Part shown: positions 44,057 to 53,966 of the stretch, piece after piece | Layout: each line of letters begins with the position of its first letter | How positions within the stretch are numbered: the stretch's first letter is position 1 | NCBI GenBank assembly: GCA_038329855.1 | Contig: JBBQNL010000001.1 | Location: 562-64,561 of the forward strand | From: Campylobacterales bacterium | GTDB taxonomy: Bacteria > Campylobacterota > Campylobacteria > Campylobacterales > Sulfurimonadaceae | Length of the DNA stretch: 64,000 nucleotides | Direction: 5' to 3' | Notes under the pieces: model-generated | Database searches by the model: none | Told to the model about the DNA's origin: nothing | The model's input: the letters and a program-made list of their open reading frames with translations, nothing else | Made by a program: the position numbers and the translations under genes

Positions 44057-44084
44057 CATCATTCCCGCGTAGGCGGGAATTCAG
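44057..44084. repeat. ATTCCC-N8-GGGAAT (dRS3-like/CGTC REP) palindrome
   Basis: CATCATTCCCGCGTAGGCGGGAATTCAG. Confidence 0.75.
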
Positions 44085-44168
44085 CTTAAACTTTTCACCC
44101 CCATTTTCCCTTTGAGCAACTCCTAAAACCCATTTCGCTACAATCACTTAATTCAAGGAGTCTTTATT

Positions 44169-45770
44169 ATGGCTAAAGTATTAATTATCGGCGGCGGCGG
44201 GGCAGGTTTGGTGAGTGCATTATCGGCACATGAAGCAGGTTCCGAGGTGATCGTCGTCTCTAAAGCCCTCCCGACCCGCTCTCAAACCTCGATGGCGCAG
44301 GGGGGGATGAATGCGGTATTGGGCGAGGATGATACCATCGCACAGCATATCGAGGATACTCTACGCTCATCGGCAGGGCTGGGAGATGAGGCGCGAATCG
44401 CATTTATGTGTGAAAATGCCCCCGAAGCGGTACGCTGGTGCAATTCGATGGGACTACCGTTTAGCCGTGATGCATCGGGTGAAATTGCCCGTAGACGTTT
44501 GGGCGGGGCAAGTGCACCAAGAGCGTGTCATGCGCAAGATTATACGGGGCTAAAGCTTCTTCACACGCTGTATGACCAATGTTTGAAGGCAGGGATAACA
44601 TTTGTCAATGAGCGGTTTTTACTCAACTTGATCGTTGACGAAGAGACGAATCGTGTGTTGGGAGCGACGTTTTTAGATATCGCTACGGGCGAGGTCGAAG
44701 AGATTCGTGCCGATGCGGTGATACTGGCTACGGGGGGATATGGTGCGCTGTATGGCAAACACTCGACGAACTCTGTGGGCAGCAGCGGGGATGGAATAGC
44801 AGCAGCAATACGAGCGGGTGCAAGGCTCGCTGACTTGGAATTTATCCAGTTTCACCCTACGGCATTGAAAAGTTCCTCGATATTGATCTCGGAAAGTGCC
44901 CGCGGAGCAGGAGGTTATTTGGTCGATGCGCAAGGGGATCGTTTTACCGATGAACTTGCACCCCGCGATGTCGTCGCACGGGCTATCCACGATGAAATAG
45001 CCAAAAGCGGCGGAGTCTATCTCGATATTCGCCATTTAGGGGAAGAGTTTATTAATCATGAGCTTCCCCAAGAGCGTAAGCTTGCCCAGATTTATGAGGG
45101 GATTGACCCTGTGCATAATTTGATCCCCATTAAACCCGCAGCACATTACAGCATGGGGGGAATCGAGGTCAATGACGACTGCATGACCAGTGTCAACGGC
45201 TTGTTTGCCGTAGGAGAGTGTGCCAATCATAAAACCCATGGGGCAAACCGTTTGGGAGGCAACTCACTGTTAGAGCTGGTCGTGTTTGGTCGCCATTGCG
45301 GAAAGAATGCGGCGGAATTTGGGCTAAAAAATCCTGTTCCTGCCCTCGATAATCCTCAAGCAGCCAAAGATACCAATTTCGTTCGAGGGGTGATGTATTT
45401 TACCAATCAGATCGACTTCTACCAAAAACAAGAGATGCTCGCGAATATTTTCTATAACAACGTCGGTTTGGTGCGTGAGGATATGGGTCTTAAAGCGGTG
45501 CTTGGGGCAATCCGTCAAATGCAAAAAGAGCTGCCGTTTATGGGACCGAAGGACAAGTCTAAGATATGCAATACGAATTTGGTGGATTTTATTGAGTTTG
45601 GAAATAAAATCGAGCTGGCAGAGATCATCGTCGTGTGTGCGATCAGCCGCGGTGAGAGTCGCGGAGCGCACTATCGTGCCGATATCCCGGCGCGAAACGA
45701 TGTGATGTTTGGTGCTCATACAATTACATGGAGAGAAGGGGGAGTATTATGCGCGGATTTTTTGAATTAA
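44169..45770 (+). CDS. fumarate reductase / succinate dehydrogenase flavoprotein-like subunit
   Basis: GGGGAG, QFHPT, SESARG, PRD, HYSMGG, HGANRLGGNSL, ESRGAH motifs; FAD His replaced (RSQT). Confidence 0.9.
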   Translation: MAKVLIIGGGGAGLVSALSAHEAGSEVIVVSKALPTRSQTSMAQGGMNAVLGEDDTIAQHIEDTLRSSAGLGDEARIAFMCENAPEAVRWCNSMGLPFSRDASGEIARRRLGGASAPRACHAQDYTGLKLLHTLYDQCLKAGITFVNERFLLNLIVDEETNRVLGATFLDIATGEVEEIRADAVILATGGYGALYGKHSTNSVGSSGDGIAAAIRAGARLADLEFIQFHPTALKSSSILISESARGAGGYLVDAQGDRFTDELAPRDVVARAIHDEIAKSGGVYLDIRHLGEEFINHELPQERKLAQIYEGIDPVHNLIPIKPAAHYSMGGIEVNDDCMTSVNGLFAVGECANHKTHGANRLGGNSLLELVVFGRHCGKNAAEFGLKNPVPALDNPQAAKDTNFVRGVMYFTNQIDFYQKQEMLANIFYNNVGLVREDMGLKAVLGAIRQMQKELPFMGPKDKSKICNTNLVDFIEFGNKIELAEIIVVCAISRGESRGAHYRADIPARNDVMFGAHTITWREGGVLCADFLN

Positions 45771-45904
45771 ACACCGTCATTGCGAGTGAAACGAAGCAAT
45801 CCATAGAAGAGATGGATCGCCGCACTGCGTTCGCGATGACAGACGAAGACGATGATGATTTTTACGACGATGATGAAGAAGATGAAAAAGAGTGGTGTGA
45901 TTGA
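45749..45904 (+). CDS. small acidic protein (51 aa) containing an in-frame palindromic repeat
   Basis: GGGGGAG RBS; reads MRGFFELNTVIASETKQSIEEMDRRTAFAMTDEDDDDFYDDDEEDEKEWCD. Confidence 0.6.
   Translation: MRGFFELNTVIASETKQSIEEMDRRTAFAMTDEDDDDFYDDDEEDEKEWCD
45775..45840. repeat. CGTC-type palindromic element (RPE-like)
   Basis: CGTCATTGCGAGTGAAACGAAGCAATCC...GGATCGCCGC...TTCGCGATGAC. Confidence 0.82.
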
Positions 45905-45922
45905 TGAAGGAAATAGGTAATA

Positions 45923-46001
45923 GTGCGGTCTGCTGCACGTTGGCTTCCTGCCGAGGGAAACACAGCGTTAGCGTAGTCAATCGGGATTTTATTCCGATGA
46001 C
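45923..46001 (-). repeat. composite hairpin / GTAG-REP element, copy 4
   Basis: Plus strand ends GTAGTCAATCGGGATTTTATTCCGATGAC; homologous to copy 1. Confidence 0.78.
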
Positions 46002-46028
46002 GTATAAAACAAATAGTTGGTGTGACTG

Positions 46029-46736
46029 ATGGAAATTTTAGTAAAACGTTCAGAAAGTGATGAGCCACAAAGCTATAACGTCGAGTTAGAGGGTGTGACA
46101 CTTCTCACTTGCCTTAATCATATCAAAACTAAGATGGATTCGACACTTACCTATTCGTCAGGGTGTCGAAGCGGCGTGTGCGGAAGTTGTGCAGTACGAG
46201 TCAATGGCCGTGAACAGCTGATGTGTGAATACAAACCCAATGATGGCGATTTCGTAGAACCGATTCGCAATGCAACGGTGATTCGCGATTTAGTGGTAAG
46301 TTCCTCATCTATTGAACGTTTGAATCGTGCAGGCTTAGCATGGAGCGAAGGCTCATGTGAGAGAAAGGTTAGCGAAGAGGAAATGGCGGCCATTCAGACC
46401 CAAAGTGACTGTATCTTATGCAGTTCTTGTTACAGTGCCTGCCCTGTGTATGCGGTCAATCCTGATTTTATCGGTCCATTTGCCCTCACGCGTGTTTGGC
46501 GGTATGTGAGCGATGCTCGCGAAGTTTCAAGCGATGCCAAAATGGCAGCGGTTCAAATCAACGGTATTTGGGACTGTACGTTGTGTGGGGAGTGTGTCCC
46601 TGTTTGTCCCCAAAACATAGCTCCGGCACAAGATATACGAATGCTGCGTTCCAAAAGCGGAATGATGGGGTACACCGATCCTAATATGGCCTCTATGTTT
46701 GGTGGTGGTTTGGATTTTGGCTCACCAATATTTTAA
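46029..46736 (+). CDS. fumarate reductase / succinate dehydrogenase iron-sulfur subunit
   Basis: CRSGVCGSC...C [2Fe-2S]; CILCSSCYSAC and CTLCGECVPVCP. Confidence 0.92.
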   Translation: MEILVKRSESDEPQSYNVELEGVTLLTCLNHIKTKMDSTLTYSSGCRSGVCGSCAVRVNGREQLMCEYKPNDGDFVEPIRNATVIRDLVVSSSSIERLNRAGLAWSEGSCERKVSEEEMAAIQTQSDCILCSSCYSACPVYAVNPDFIGPFALTRVWRYVSDAREVSSDAKMAAVQINGIWDCTLCGECVPVCPQNIAPAQDIRMLRSKSGMMGYTDPNMASMFGGGLDFGSPIF

Positions 46737-46792
46737 AACATTAAGGTTTTAGTGTGTTATACTAATGTTATAAAAACAAAACAGGAATTTTT

Positions 46793-47290
46793 ATGGCATC
46801 AGAACACTCACTCGACATCTCTGCAAAAATCGATCTTCAAGCCTTCAAAGACGCGATTGCCCAATCGGAAAAAGAGGCGATTGGACGGTATGATTTTAAA
46901 GGTATCACCTACGAAATCAATTACCGTGAAAAAGAAAAACAACTCGTTCTTACCGCGTCCAGCGATAATAAACTCGATGCCCTGAAAGACATCGTCATCG
47001 GAAAACTCATCAAGCGAGGCCTCTCTTCTAAAGCACTTGAAGAGCTTAAAACCGAAGATGCAAGCGGAGGGAGTCGTAAGGCAACTTATAAGATTGTCGA
47101 TACGATTGACGCTAAAGAGGCAAAAAAAATCATTGCCGAGATTAAAAATCTTAAAACCAAAGCATCTGCCCTTATCGAAGGCGAGTATATCCGCGTCAAA
47201 TCCAAACAAATCGACGAACTACAAAAAATTATGGCGCACATCAAAGCTATGGAGTGGGAAGCTCCTCTTGTGTTTGAAAATTTTAGATAA
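46793..47290 (+). CDS. yajQ: YajQ family nucleotide/c-di-GMP-binding protein
   Basis: SLDI, RYDFKG, IRV.SK.IDELQ and FENFR motifs. Confidence 0.93.
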   Translation: MASEHSLDISAKIDLQAFKDAIAQSEKEAIGRYDFKGITYEINYREKEKQLVLTASSDNKLDALKDIVIGKLIKRGLSSKALEELKTEDASGGSRKATYKIVDTIDAKEAKKIIAEIKNLKTKASALIEGEYIRVKSKQIDELQKIMAHIKAMEWEAPLVFENFR

Positions 47291-47301
47291 AGTTAAATCA
47301 A

Positions 47302-48249
47302 ATGGACGGTAAAACAAAGAGATATAAATCGATCGACAAGCGGGTTCTCACCGAGGGTGAGACAATTGATTTTGAACTTTATTTGCCCAATGAAACGAAA
47401 ACCCAAATGAGTCTGTTTCTCCAAAGCGATACCGTAATAGATGGGAATAGCAAAGTGCGTTTGCGAGAGATAGAGAAAGTCTACATCAGCGACGAAGACA
47501 GTACTCGGTATGAAGCTTATATTCAGCAGCATATACAAACCATTGCCCGCTGCAAAGATATCCCGTTGGACGATAAAGCGATTATTGTCTACGAAAAAGC
47601 AAGTTCGGTTATCGATGAGATGTTTCGTAATCCTGAATCGTTAGAAATGGCAAAAAATGTCAAGCCGGTTGTGGACAGTTTTGTTGATATTATTCTACAT
47701 GATCCTAAAGCAGTTGAGTCCCTGTTAAAAATTACGGCACATGACTTTTATACCCATACCCATTCGATCAATGTGAGTATTTACACTCTTAGCCTAGGGT
47801 CATTTTTAGGCATTAGCGGTGAGGATTTAAAAATACTTGGAATGGCGGCGGTACTCCATGATATTGGTAAAAGCAAAGTGAATTATGACATTATCAATAA
47901 AAACGGCAAGCTCACCGATATGGAGTTTGACGAGATGAAAACCCATCCGGCTCAGGGGCATGCTATCGCACTCAAACTTGGGATGACCGATGAACGGGTG
48001 CTGAGCGGGATTCGCCATCATCATGAAAAAATAGAAGGTGGCGGTTATCCCGATGGGATCAAAGGGGATGCAATCAGTTTATTTGCCCGTATTATCGGGG
48101 TGTGCGATGTGTTTGATGCCCTCTCCACGAAACGATCCTACAAAGATCCTATGTCGTCGTTTGAGTCGCTTGGGCTTATGAAGCAGGAGATGCGTGGTCA
48201 TTTGGATATGAGCTTGGTCGATTCGTTTATTAAAATGTTACGTAAATAA
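47302..48249 (+). CDS. HD-GYP phosphodiesterase
   Basis: YTHTHS, LHDIGK, HHEKIEGGGYPDG, DVFDAL..RSYK. Confidence 0.92.
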   Translation: MDGKTKRYKSIDKRVLTEGETIDFELYLPNETKTQMSLFLQSDTVIDGNSKVRLREIEKVYISDEDSTRYEAYIQQHIQTIARCKDIPLDDKAIIVYEKASSVIDEMFRNPESLEMAKNVKPVVDSFVDIILHDPKAVESLLKITAHDFYTHTHSINVSIYTLSLGSFLGISGEDLKILGMAAVLHDIGKSKVNYDIINKNGKLTDMEFDEMKTHPAQGHAIALKLGMTDERVLSGIRHHHEKIEGGGYPDGIKGDAISLFARIIGVCDVFDALSTKRSYKDPMSSFESLGLMKQEMRGHLDMSLVDSFIKMLRK

Positions 48250-48257
48250 GGATTAGG

Positions 48258-48926
48258 ATGAAAAAATTAACGATCGCGGCCGCTGCAGAACATTTTGGCG
48301 TTTCCAAAGAGGCTATTCATAACCGTATACGTCGCGGATCACTGGAGTGCATTGTCGAAAATGGGGTGAAATATGTTGCGGTTACTTCGTTGGAAAAAGG
48401 CAATCCAGCTGCTAACAGCGTGAGTGACAATCGTTATACCCAATACATCGAGTCTGAAAATATCCGGCTTCGGGACAAAGTGGAGGTGCTTGAAAAAGAG
48501 ACGATGCGGCTGCGGGATCAGCGTGAGCTCATGTTAATCGATCAGCGTATCAGTGTGGAGCAAATCTATAAAGAGCGTGACGCACAGCTTCGAAATATTT
48601 TAAACGTGGTTGCGACCAAATTTCTCTCGCACGTGAATCCTGAAATGGTCATGCAAGAAGCTTTGAACGAAGAGATAGTAGAGCAAGAAGATGCCATCAA
48701 TGCAGATATCGTCCCTGATATTGAGTTGGGAGAGGAGTGGATTTCGCTCAAAGAGTTTTTAAAACTCAAGCGTTATGGCGATTCCCTCAAGAAAAACATC
48801 AAGCGCCGTTTTAAAGCAGCCTGCGAAGAGGGTGATGAGCGCTTTGTTTTACGAAATGAGAAGGTTTATTTGAGTCCCTCGATGTTTGACTATTCGAATC
48901 TTTTGATGGGTAAGTCCAAGGATTGA
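48258..48926 (+). CDS. HTH plus coiled-coil DNA-binding protein
   Basis: LTIAAAAEHFGVSKEAIHNRIRRG HTH; central heptad region. Confidence 0.8.
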   Translation: MKKLTIAAAAEHFGVSKEAIHNRIRRGSLECIVENGVKYVAVTSLEKGNPAANSVSDNRYTQYIESENIRLRDKVEVLEKETMRLRDQRELMLIDQRISVEQIYKERDAQLRNILNVVATKFLSHVNPEMVMQEALNEEIVEQEDAINADIVPDIELGEEWISLKEFLKLKRYGDSLKKNIKRRFKAACEEGDERFVLRNEKVYLSPSMFDYSNLLMGKSKD

Positions 48927-48944
48927 GTCCCCAAAAGGCCAGAA

Positions 48945-51782
48945 TTACTGACGATGGCTTCTCTTTGGTGGGATTCCTGTCCGTAAGGGGGGACGTTTCG
49001 GATTCTCTCTAAGTCCTTGTTTGGCACGATTTAGATTATTAAAACAACTCTGGCAAATACTAAATTCTGACCCAAGCGCAAGCGGTTTTCCGCACGTTTT
49101 GCATCGCGGTACAAAATGGCTTTGCTTGAGAGAGTTTTCGATAAAACGATTCAGTTCTCCACGGTATGAACGTGCTTTTTCACTGTCCACAAAAAATTCT
49201 CCGAGGCGATACGAGAGCCATAAATACAGACTGATTTCTTTAATCTGATCTTCCGCCTCTTGGAGTTCTTCGGTGGTTTGGGCGTATGAGCCGCCATGGC
49301 GTGGAGGGATGTAGGCAATGGGTTTCGCCTGTGCCAATGCACGGACATAGCGTTCGTATGCTCCCATTACAATCGGAGATTTCGTTGAAAGCGGTGCAGT
49401 AGCTAAGATATATTTGGTTTTCATATCCAAATCATAGCGATCCACGATGACCGATGCTTCCGCCATCGATTCGAGATTTATAGCGCGAAACGGTCCTTCA
49501 AATTTCATATTTTCGACAAAAAATTCGATAATCGCTGCAAGTGATTTCTCTTCTAAGATAGTGGAAACAAGCTGTATGTGATCAAAGTTGGCCATCACGT
49601 TAAACGGGATTTTAATGGCTTCGGCTTCACGGGTAAACAGGGGGGTTATTTTTTTGAGAACATCGCTACTGAGTGCTCCCACATACCCTTTTTCACTCAG
49701 TCCATAGCGACCTGCGCGCCCGGCAATTTGCTGGATTTCACTCACACTCAAATCCCGCTGGTTTTGTCCGTCAAATTTATCGGCTTTGGAAAACAGCAAT
49801 GTTTTAATCGGGAGATTCAGCCCCATGGCAATGGCATCGGTTGCGACGAGAATTTGGGTTTCCCCTTCTCGAAAACGGCGAGCTTCTTCACGCCGTACTT
49901 CGGGTCCCAGATTTCCGTAAATAATACTCGTGCGATAGGTTGCGGAAAGCTGCTGCTTGATCCGAAGAGCATTGGCTCGGGTAAAGGCGATTATCGCGCT
50001 TTGAGGCTCAATCGCATCGATGGGGGTGGGTTGTGCAAGGAGCTCAAGAGGATTTTTGCGCTCAAAATGGACAATCTCAAGCGGTTCTCCCAGATACTGC
50101 GCCAACGCTTCGATGGCTTCAAGGGCATTGGGAGAACCGGTCATAATGACGGTTTTTGCGGGAGCGCCTATAATGGCATTTGCCCATGCCCAGCCCCGAT
50201 CGCGATCACCGATCATCTGTACCTCATCGATGACACACGTGTCGACTTCGGATTCGAAGCTAAGCATCTCGATTGTGGAACTGATATGAGTCGCATCTTC
50301 ATCGACAATCTGCTCTTCCCCTGTGATAAGAGAGGCATTAATCCCGTGTTCCCGTAAATCCTCATACCCTTCCAGTGCTAACAAACGCAACGGTGCAAGA
50401 TAGTATCCCGTCCCTTTAGCGCGTAATTGTTCCATGGCAGTGTAAGTCTTGCCGCTGTTGGTGGGTCCGATGTGCAAGATAAGTTTACGACGTAATGATC
50501 GTGCGAGAGGAAAAAGATTTTTAAAATCCCGTACCGTTCGTGCTAACAATTCTTGACGCTGTTTTTTGAGCAGTTCACCCGCAATACGACGATCAAAGGC
50601 AAAAAGGACGCGACGCACGACTTTGGCACTGATATGAAGGGAATCACTTAGATTGGGGATGAGACTTTCATAAAGTATCTCATACAAGGTCGGATCATCT
50701 AGATGCAACAACTTTGCGTGCTCACGACACTGGGCCGCGAGTGCTTCGAGTTCGGCCAAAAATACGGTACGCAGTTCACTGCTTTGGGCTTCAAATTGAG
50801 CATCAAATACTAAATCTTCTTCAGCCCAAATCAGGCGTGTTATGTCGGCGTGAGAAAGCTGCAGGTGGGTCGTGTGAAGAAGTGGCTCGTTTCGATAGGG
50901 TAAAGCAATCGCCTGAGGATATTCGATCAGCAGCTCCTCCCCGACAAACTCGATCCCGATCGCCTGTGAGGGCAATACCCGCTTGAGAGTCTCCATCGTG
51001 AGGGGATAAAAGGTGTTGGTGTTCGAAGGAGGTGCTCCTTTGAGGGCAGAGACAATCTCTTCATGGGTGAGATAGCGGTGATTGTCGAGTTTTAAGGTAC
51101 CTAAAAAGGCATCGATTTGGGTTTGTTTTTGAGCAACAAACTCCTCTTTAAGGGCTATAACCTCCGGGATCAGGATATCAATACTCTCTTCGTGAAGCCG
51201 CTTGGAATCAAGTGGCGAGGTTTTAAGAACATGGATTTTCGTAAAACGTTCATCCCCGATGTTATAGACAATAGAGGCATAAAATTCAAGCCGATCATTG
51301 TAGTCAAACTTTCCCTCCAGCGCTTTTTCAAGAAGTTCCCTTTTGTGGGTATATCGGATATGCTCGAGTTTGGAGGCTATTTTATCGGGGGTGATTTTAC
51401 GGGTACGAATATCACTGAAAGAGGCATGCAAAGAAACTCTCTCATCTCGGGTCAACTCGAAAGCTTCGAGCAATTCATCGATTTTTTCTTCCCGTTCATG
51501 CGGTTTTTCACGCGGTTTTGGATTGGGGTAGACTTTGCCGTTATGGGTAAAAAAGTCGACAATAAGACTTCTGTTATCCCCTTCACCTTCCGACCAGAGT
51601 CTGCGAAACGATTTAACCAATACTTCTTTGGAAGTGGTTCCGTCAAACATCCCCAATGTGTGCGCCAGCGCAACCAGTGTCTCCGTAGGAACACGTTCAA
51701 TCCCCTCGTCCAATCCCTCATCGCCAAAAAAGTGGCGGATGGATTGGTTGAGTTTTATCATTTTTTTCTTTTTCTTAGCCAT
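48945..51782 (-). CDS. Suv3-like SF2 helicase (probably leaderless)
   Basis: GPTNSGKT, APLRLLA, DEVQM..RGWAW, ATDAIAMGLN, QIAGRAGRYG; C-terminal CxxC..CxxC. Confidence 0.92.
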   Translation of the reverse strand: MAKKKKKMIKLNQSIRHFFGDEGLDEGIERVPTETLVALAHTLGMFDGTTSKEVLVKSFRRLWSEGEGDNRSLIVDFFTHNGKVYPNPKPREKPHEREEKIDELLEAFELTRDERVSLHASFSDIRTRKITPDKIASKLEHIRYTHKRELLEKALEGKFDYNDRLEFYASIVYNIGDERFTKIHVLKTSPLDSKRLHEESIDILIPEVIALKEEFVAQKQTQIDAFLGTLKLDNHRYLTHEEIVSALKGAPPSNTNTFYPLTMETLKRVLPSQAIGIEFVGEELLIEYPQAIALPYRNEPLLHTTHLQLSHADITRLIWAEEDLVFDAQFEAQSSELRTVFLAELEALAAQCREHAKLLHLDDPTLYEILYESLIPNLSDSLHISAKVVRRVLFAFDRRIAGELLKKQRQELLARTVRDFKNLFPLARSLRRKLILHIGPTNSGKTYTAMEQLRAKGTGYYLAPLRLLALEGYEDLREHGINASLITGEEQIVDEDATHISSTIEMLSFESEVDTCVIDEVQMIGDRDRGWAWANAIIGAPAKTVIMTGSPNALEAIEALAQYLGEPLEIVHFERKNPLELLAQPTPIDAIEPQSAIIAFTRANALRIKQQLSATYRTSIIYGNLGPEVRREEARRFREGETQILVATDAIAMGLNLPIKTLLFSKADKFDGQNQRDLSVSEIQQIAGRAGRYGLSEKGYVGALSSDVLKKITPLFTREAEAIKIPFNVMANFDHIQLVSTILEEKSLAAIIEFFVENMKFEGPFRAINLESMAEASVIVDRYDLDMKTKYILATAPLSTKSPIVMGAYERYVRALAQAKPIAYIPPRHGGSYAQTTEELQEAEDQIKEISLYLWLSYRLGEFFVDSEKARSYRGELNRFIENSLKQSHFVPRCKTCGKPLALGSEFSICQSCFNNLNRAKQGLRENPKRPPLRTGIPPKRSHRQ

Positions 51783-51855
51783 AGTGTAAGTGTAGCTAAA
51801 AATCCTAAGGGGTATCTTTTTGTACTTTTGATAAACTCTGATCAAATATAGAATT

Positions 51856-52176
51856 ATGGACAATGAAATGGTTGATTTAGGTGTCGATGAGTGGACGCAA
51901 GCACAGTATTTGACGAACAAACAGAGTTTGGAAGCGCAAGGAGTCCAAGTTGTGCTGGTGGATACGATTTTAAACCCCATAGAGGGTGCCCAAGCCATCA
52001 CCTATAATCCGCCGTTATTGCGTGAACTGCCAAGCGGAAGCGTGTTTGTCTTTTACTGTGACAGCGGAAAGGGGACTCATTCGCGGCTTGCAGAATTTCG
52101 TGCAAAATTTCCCAATCATGTATGTATCAGTTTACGAGGAGGAAGAGGGTATTGGAGACGGAATATGAGCGTATAA
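51856..52176 (+). CDS. rhodanese-like protein
   Basis: VFYCDSG and SLRGG motifs. Confidence 0.75.
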   Translation: MDNEMVDLGVDEWTQAQYLTNKQSLEAQGVQVVLVDTILNPIEGAQAITYNPPLLRELPSGSVFVFYCDSGKGTHSRLAEFRAKFPNHVCISLRGGRGYWRRNMSV

Positions 52177-52493
52177 CGCAAGCGTGTGAGGCGTTTGTCA
52201 TCTCGATCGAGAGTGAGCGTTATTACGATGCCCATGAGGACCTAGAAGCGATTTGGTTTCCATGCCGATTTGAGGGGAATGATGAGGTAAAACTTTGGAA
52301 GGGATTTATCAATGCGGCGGTGTGTTTTGAGCTAATACAAAAAGGTCGCCCCAAACCATCGGAAGTAGCATGGAAAACGTATCTCAAATATCGCGCTCTT
52401 TTGGGAACATTTGAAACAGACCATTATGAAATCTACGTTAGAATAGTGCAACTAATAGAAAAAAAACGAGGTGATTTATGTCCCAATTCTTAG
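52152..52493 (+). CDS. DUF309 family protein
   Basis: YYDAHEDLEAIW and KGFI.AAV motifs; start uncertain. Confidence 0.8.
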   Translation: METEYERITQACEAFVISIESERYYDAHEDLEAIWFPCRFEGNDEVKLWKGFINAAVCFELIQKGRPKPSEVAWKTYLKYRALLGTFETDHYEIYVRIVQLIEKKRGDLCPNS

Positions 52494-53098
52494 ATGCAAT
52501 GAAATTTCGTCATGCGTGCAAACGTTTTGATACGACTAAAGCGATACCGGCTGAGCAGTTTGAAGCTATTTTAGAGGTGTGCCGAACATCCCCCTCTTCA
52601 TTTGGAATGGAACCGTGGAGAGTTATCGTTGTGCGCAATGAAAAACTGCGAAAAGCACTCAAATCTTCCTGCTGGAATCAAAACCAAATCACTGAGTGCT
52701 CAGAGCTGGTGATTTTGACGACGGATAATGACCTTGTTCGAAGCGACTCACCTTATGTACGTAAAATGTTTGAACGCCGAGGGATGACAAGCGAAATGGT
52801 CGATATGTATCTTGGGGTATATAAAAATTTCCTTGAGCCTATCGAGTGTGATGAGGTGTTATTGGAAAATTGGACGGCAAAACAGTGCTATATTGCCCTT
52901 GGTAACATGATGACGTATGCGGCTACCCTTGAAATTGACACGTGTCCGATCGAAGGGTTCGATAAAGAAGAAGTGGAAGCCATTCTCGATTTGGAGTACG
53001 GTCACAGCGTGGCCGTTATGTGTGCCTTTGGGTATCGTGTTGATCCTCAAAGTCCTCAGATGAGACTTCCTCTCTCTACCATTGTGGAATATAAATAA
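52478..53098 (+). CDS. nitroreductase family protein
   Basis: RHACKRF, SPSSFGMEPW and DTCPIEGF motifs. Confidence 0.92.
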   Translation: MSQFLDAMKFRHACKRFDTTKAIPAEQFEAILEVCRTSPSSFGMEPWRVIVVRNEKLRKALKSSCWNQNQITECSELVILTTDNDLVRSDSPYVRKMFERRGMTSEMVDMYLGVYKNFLEPIECDEVLLENWTAKQCYIALGNMMTYAATLEIDTCPIEGFDKEEVEAILDLEYGHSVAVMCAFGYRVDPQSPQMRLPLSTIVEYK

Positions 53099-53959
53099 AT
53101 GCTGCAAAAAGTGGAACATAAACTGGAGCATTACAGTACAGCGGCGGAACACTATGGTGATTTAGCCCTCAATTTTGCAACGGAGTATGGGCTAAAAGTG
53201 CTGGGGGCACTTGCTATCTTTTTGATCGGCAAATGGATTGCAAGACAGATTGTAAAGCTAATGCAAGGCGGAATGGCCCGAGCAAAGGTGGATGCAACAC
53301 TCATCTCTTTTTCAAGCAATGTTGTCTACGTGGGACTGATTATTATGATCGTGGTCGCGGCTGCGAGCAATTTGGGGATTAATACCTCCTCATTTCTTGC
53401 CATATTTGGAGCGGCGGGCCTGGCGATCGGGCTTGCCCTTAAAGACACCCTCGCGAACGTCGGTGCGGCTGTTCTTATCATCTTTTTTCGCCCTTTTAAA
53501 GTGGGTGATTATATTGAAGCGTCTGGGGTTCAGGGGACAGTGCATGTTATGAATCTTTTTTCGACGACCTTAACGACGGCTGATAATCATTCGATCATTA
53601 TTCCAAACGGAACGCTGATCGCTGGGAATATTATCAACTATACCGGTAATGAAATTCGCCGGATTGATATGGTTTTTGATATTGACTATAAAGACGACTT
53701 AAAGCTTGCCAAGGAAGTGATTATGCAAGCGCTTCTTGATAATTCAAAAGTTCTCCAAGAGCCTGCTGCAATTGTCGTTGTAGGGGCATTGGGGGATAAT
53801 TCCGTCCAATTGTATGCGAGACCTTGGGTTCCTGCCGATGCGTACTGGGATGCAAAATTTGAAATCACTGAAGCGGTTAAACTCTCATTTGACAAACACA
53901 AAATATCCAGACCATTTCCTCAAATGGATTTGCATATACGAAAAGAGGAACTTGTATAA
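53099..53959 (+). CDS. mscS: small-conductance mechanosensitive channel
   Basis: GAAGLAIGLAL, RPFKVGD, IPN and PFPQ motifs. Confidence 0.92.
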   Translation: MLQKVEHKLEHYSTAAEHYGDLALNFATEYGLKVLGALAIFLIGKWIARQIVKLMQGGMARAKVDATLISFSSNVVYVGLIIMIVVAAASNLGINTSSFLAIFGAAGLAIGLALKDTLANVGAAVLIIFFRPFKVGDYIEASGVQGTVHVMNLFSTTLTTADNHSIIIPNGTLIAGNIINYTGNEIRRIDMVFDIDYKDDLKLAKEVIMQALLDNSKVLQEPAAIVVVGALGDNSVQLYARPWVPADAYWDAKFEITEAVKLSFDKHKISRPFPQMDLHIRKEELV

Positions 53960-53966
53960 AGTTTGA

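Noticed and set aside
49578-51851. Long antisense ORFs (259 and 244 aa) opposite the helicase
   Set aside because: No recognisable motifs; codon-aligned antisense shadows.
51783-52001. 73-aa N-terminal extension of the helicase
   Set aside because: It overlaps the divergent rhodanese-like gene; a leaderless start at 51782 fits better.
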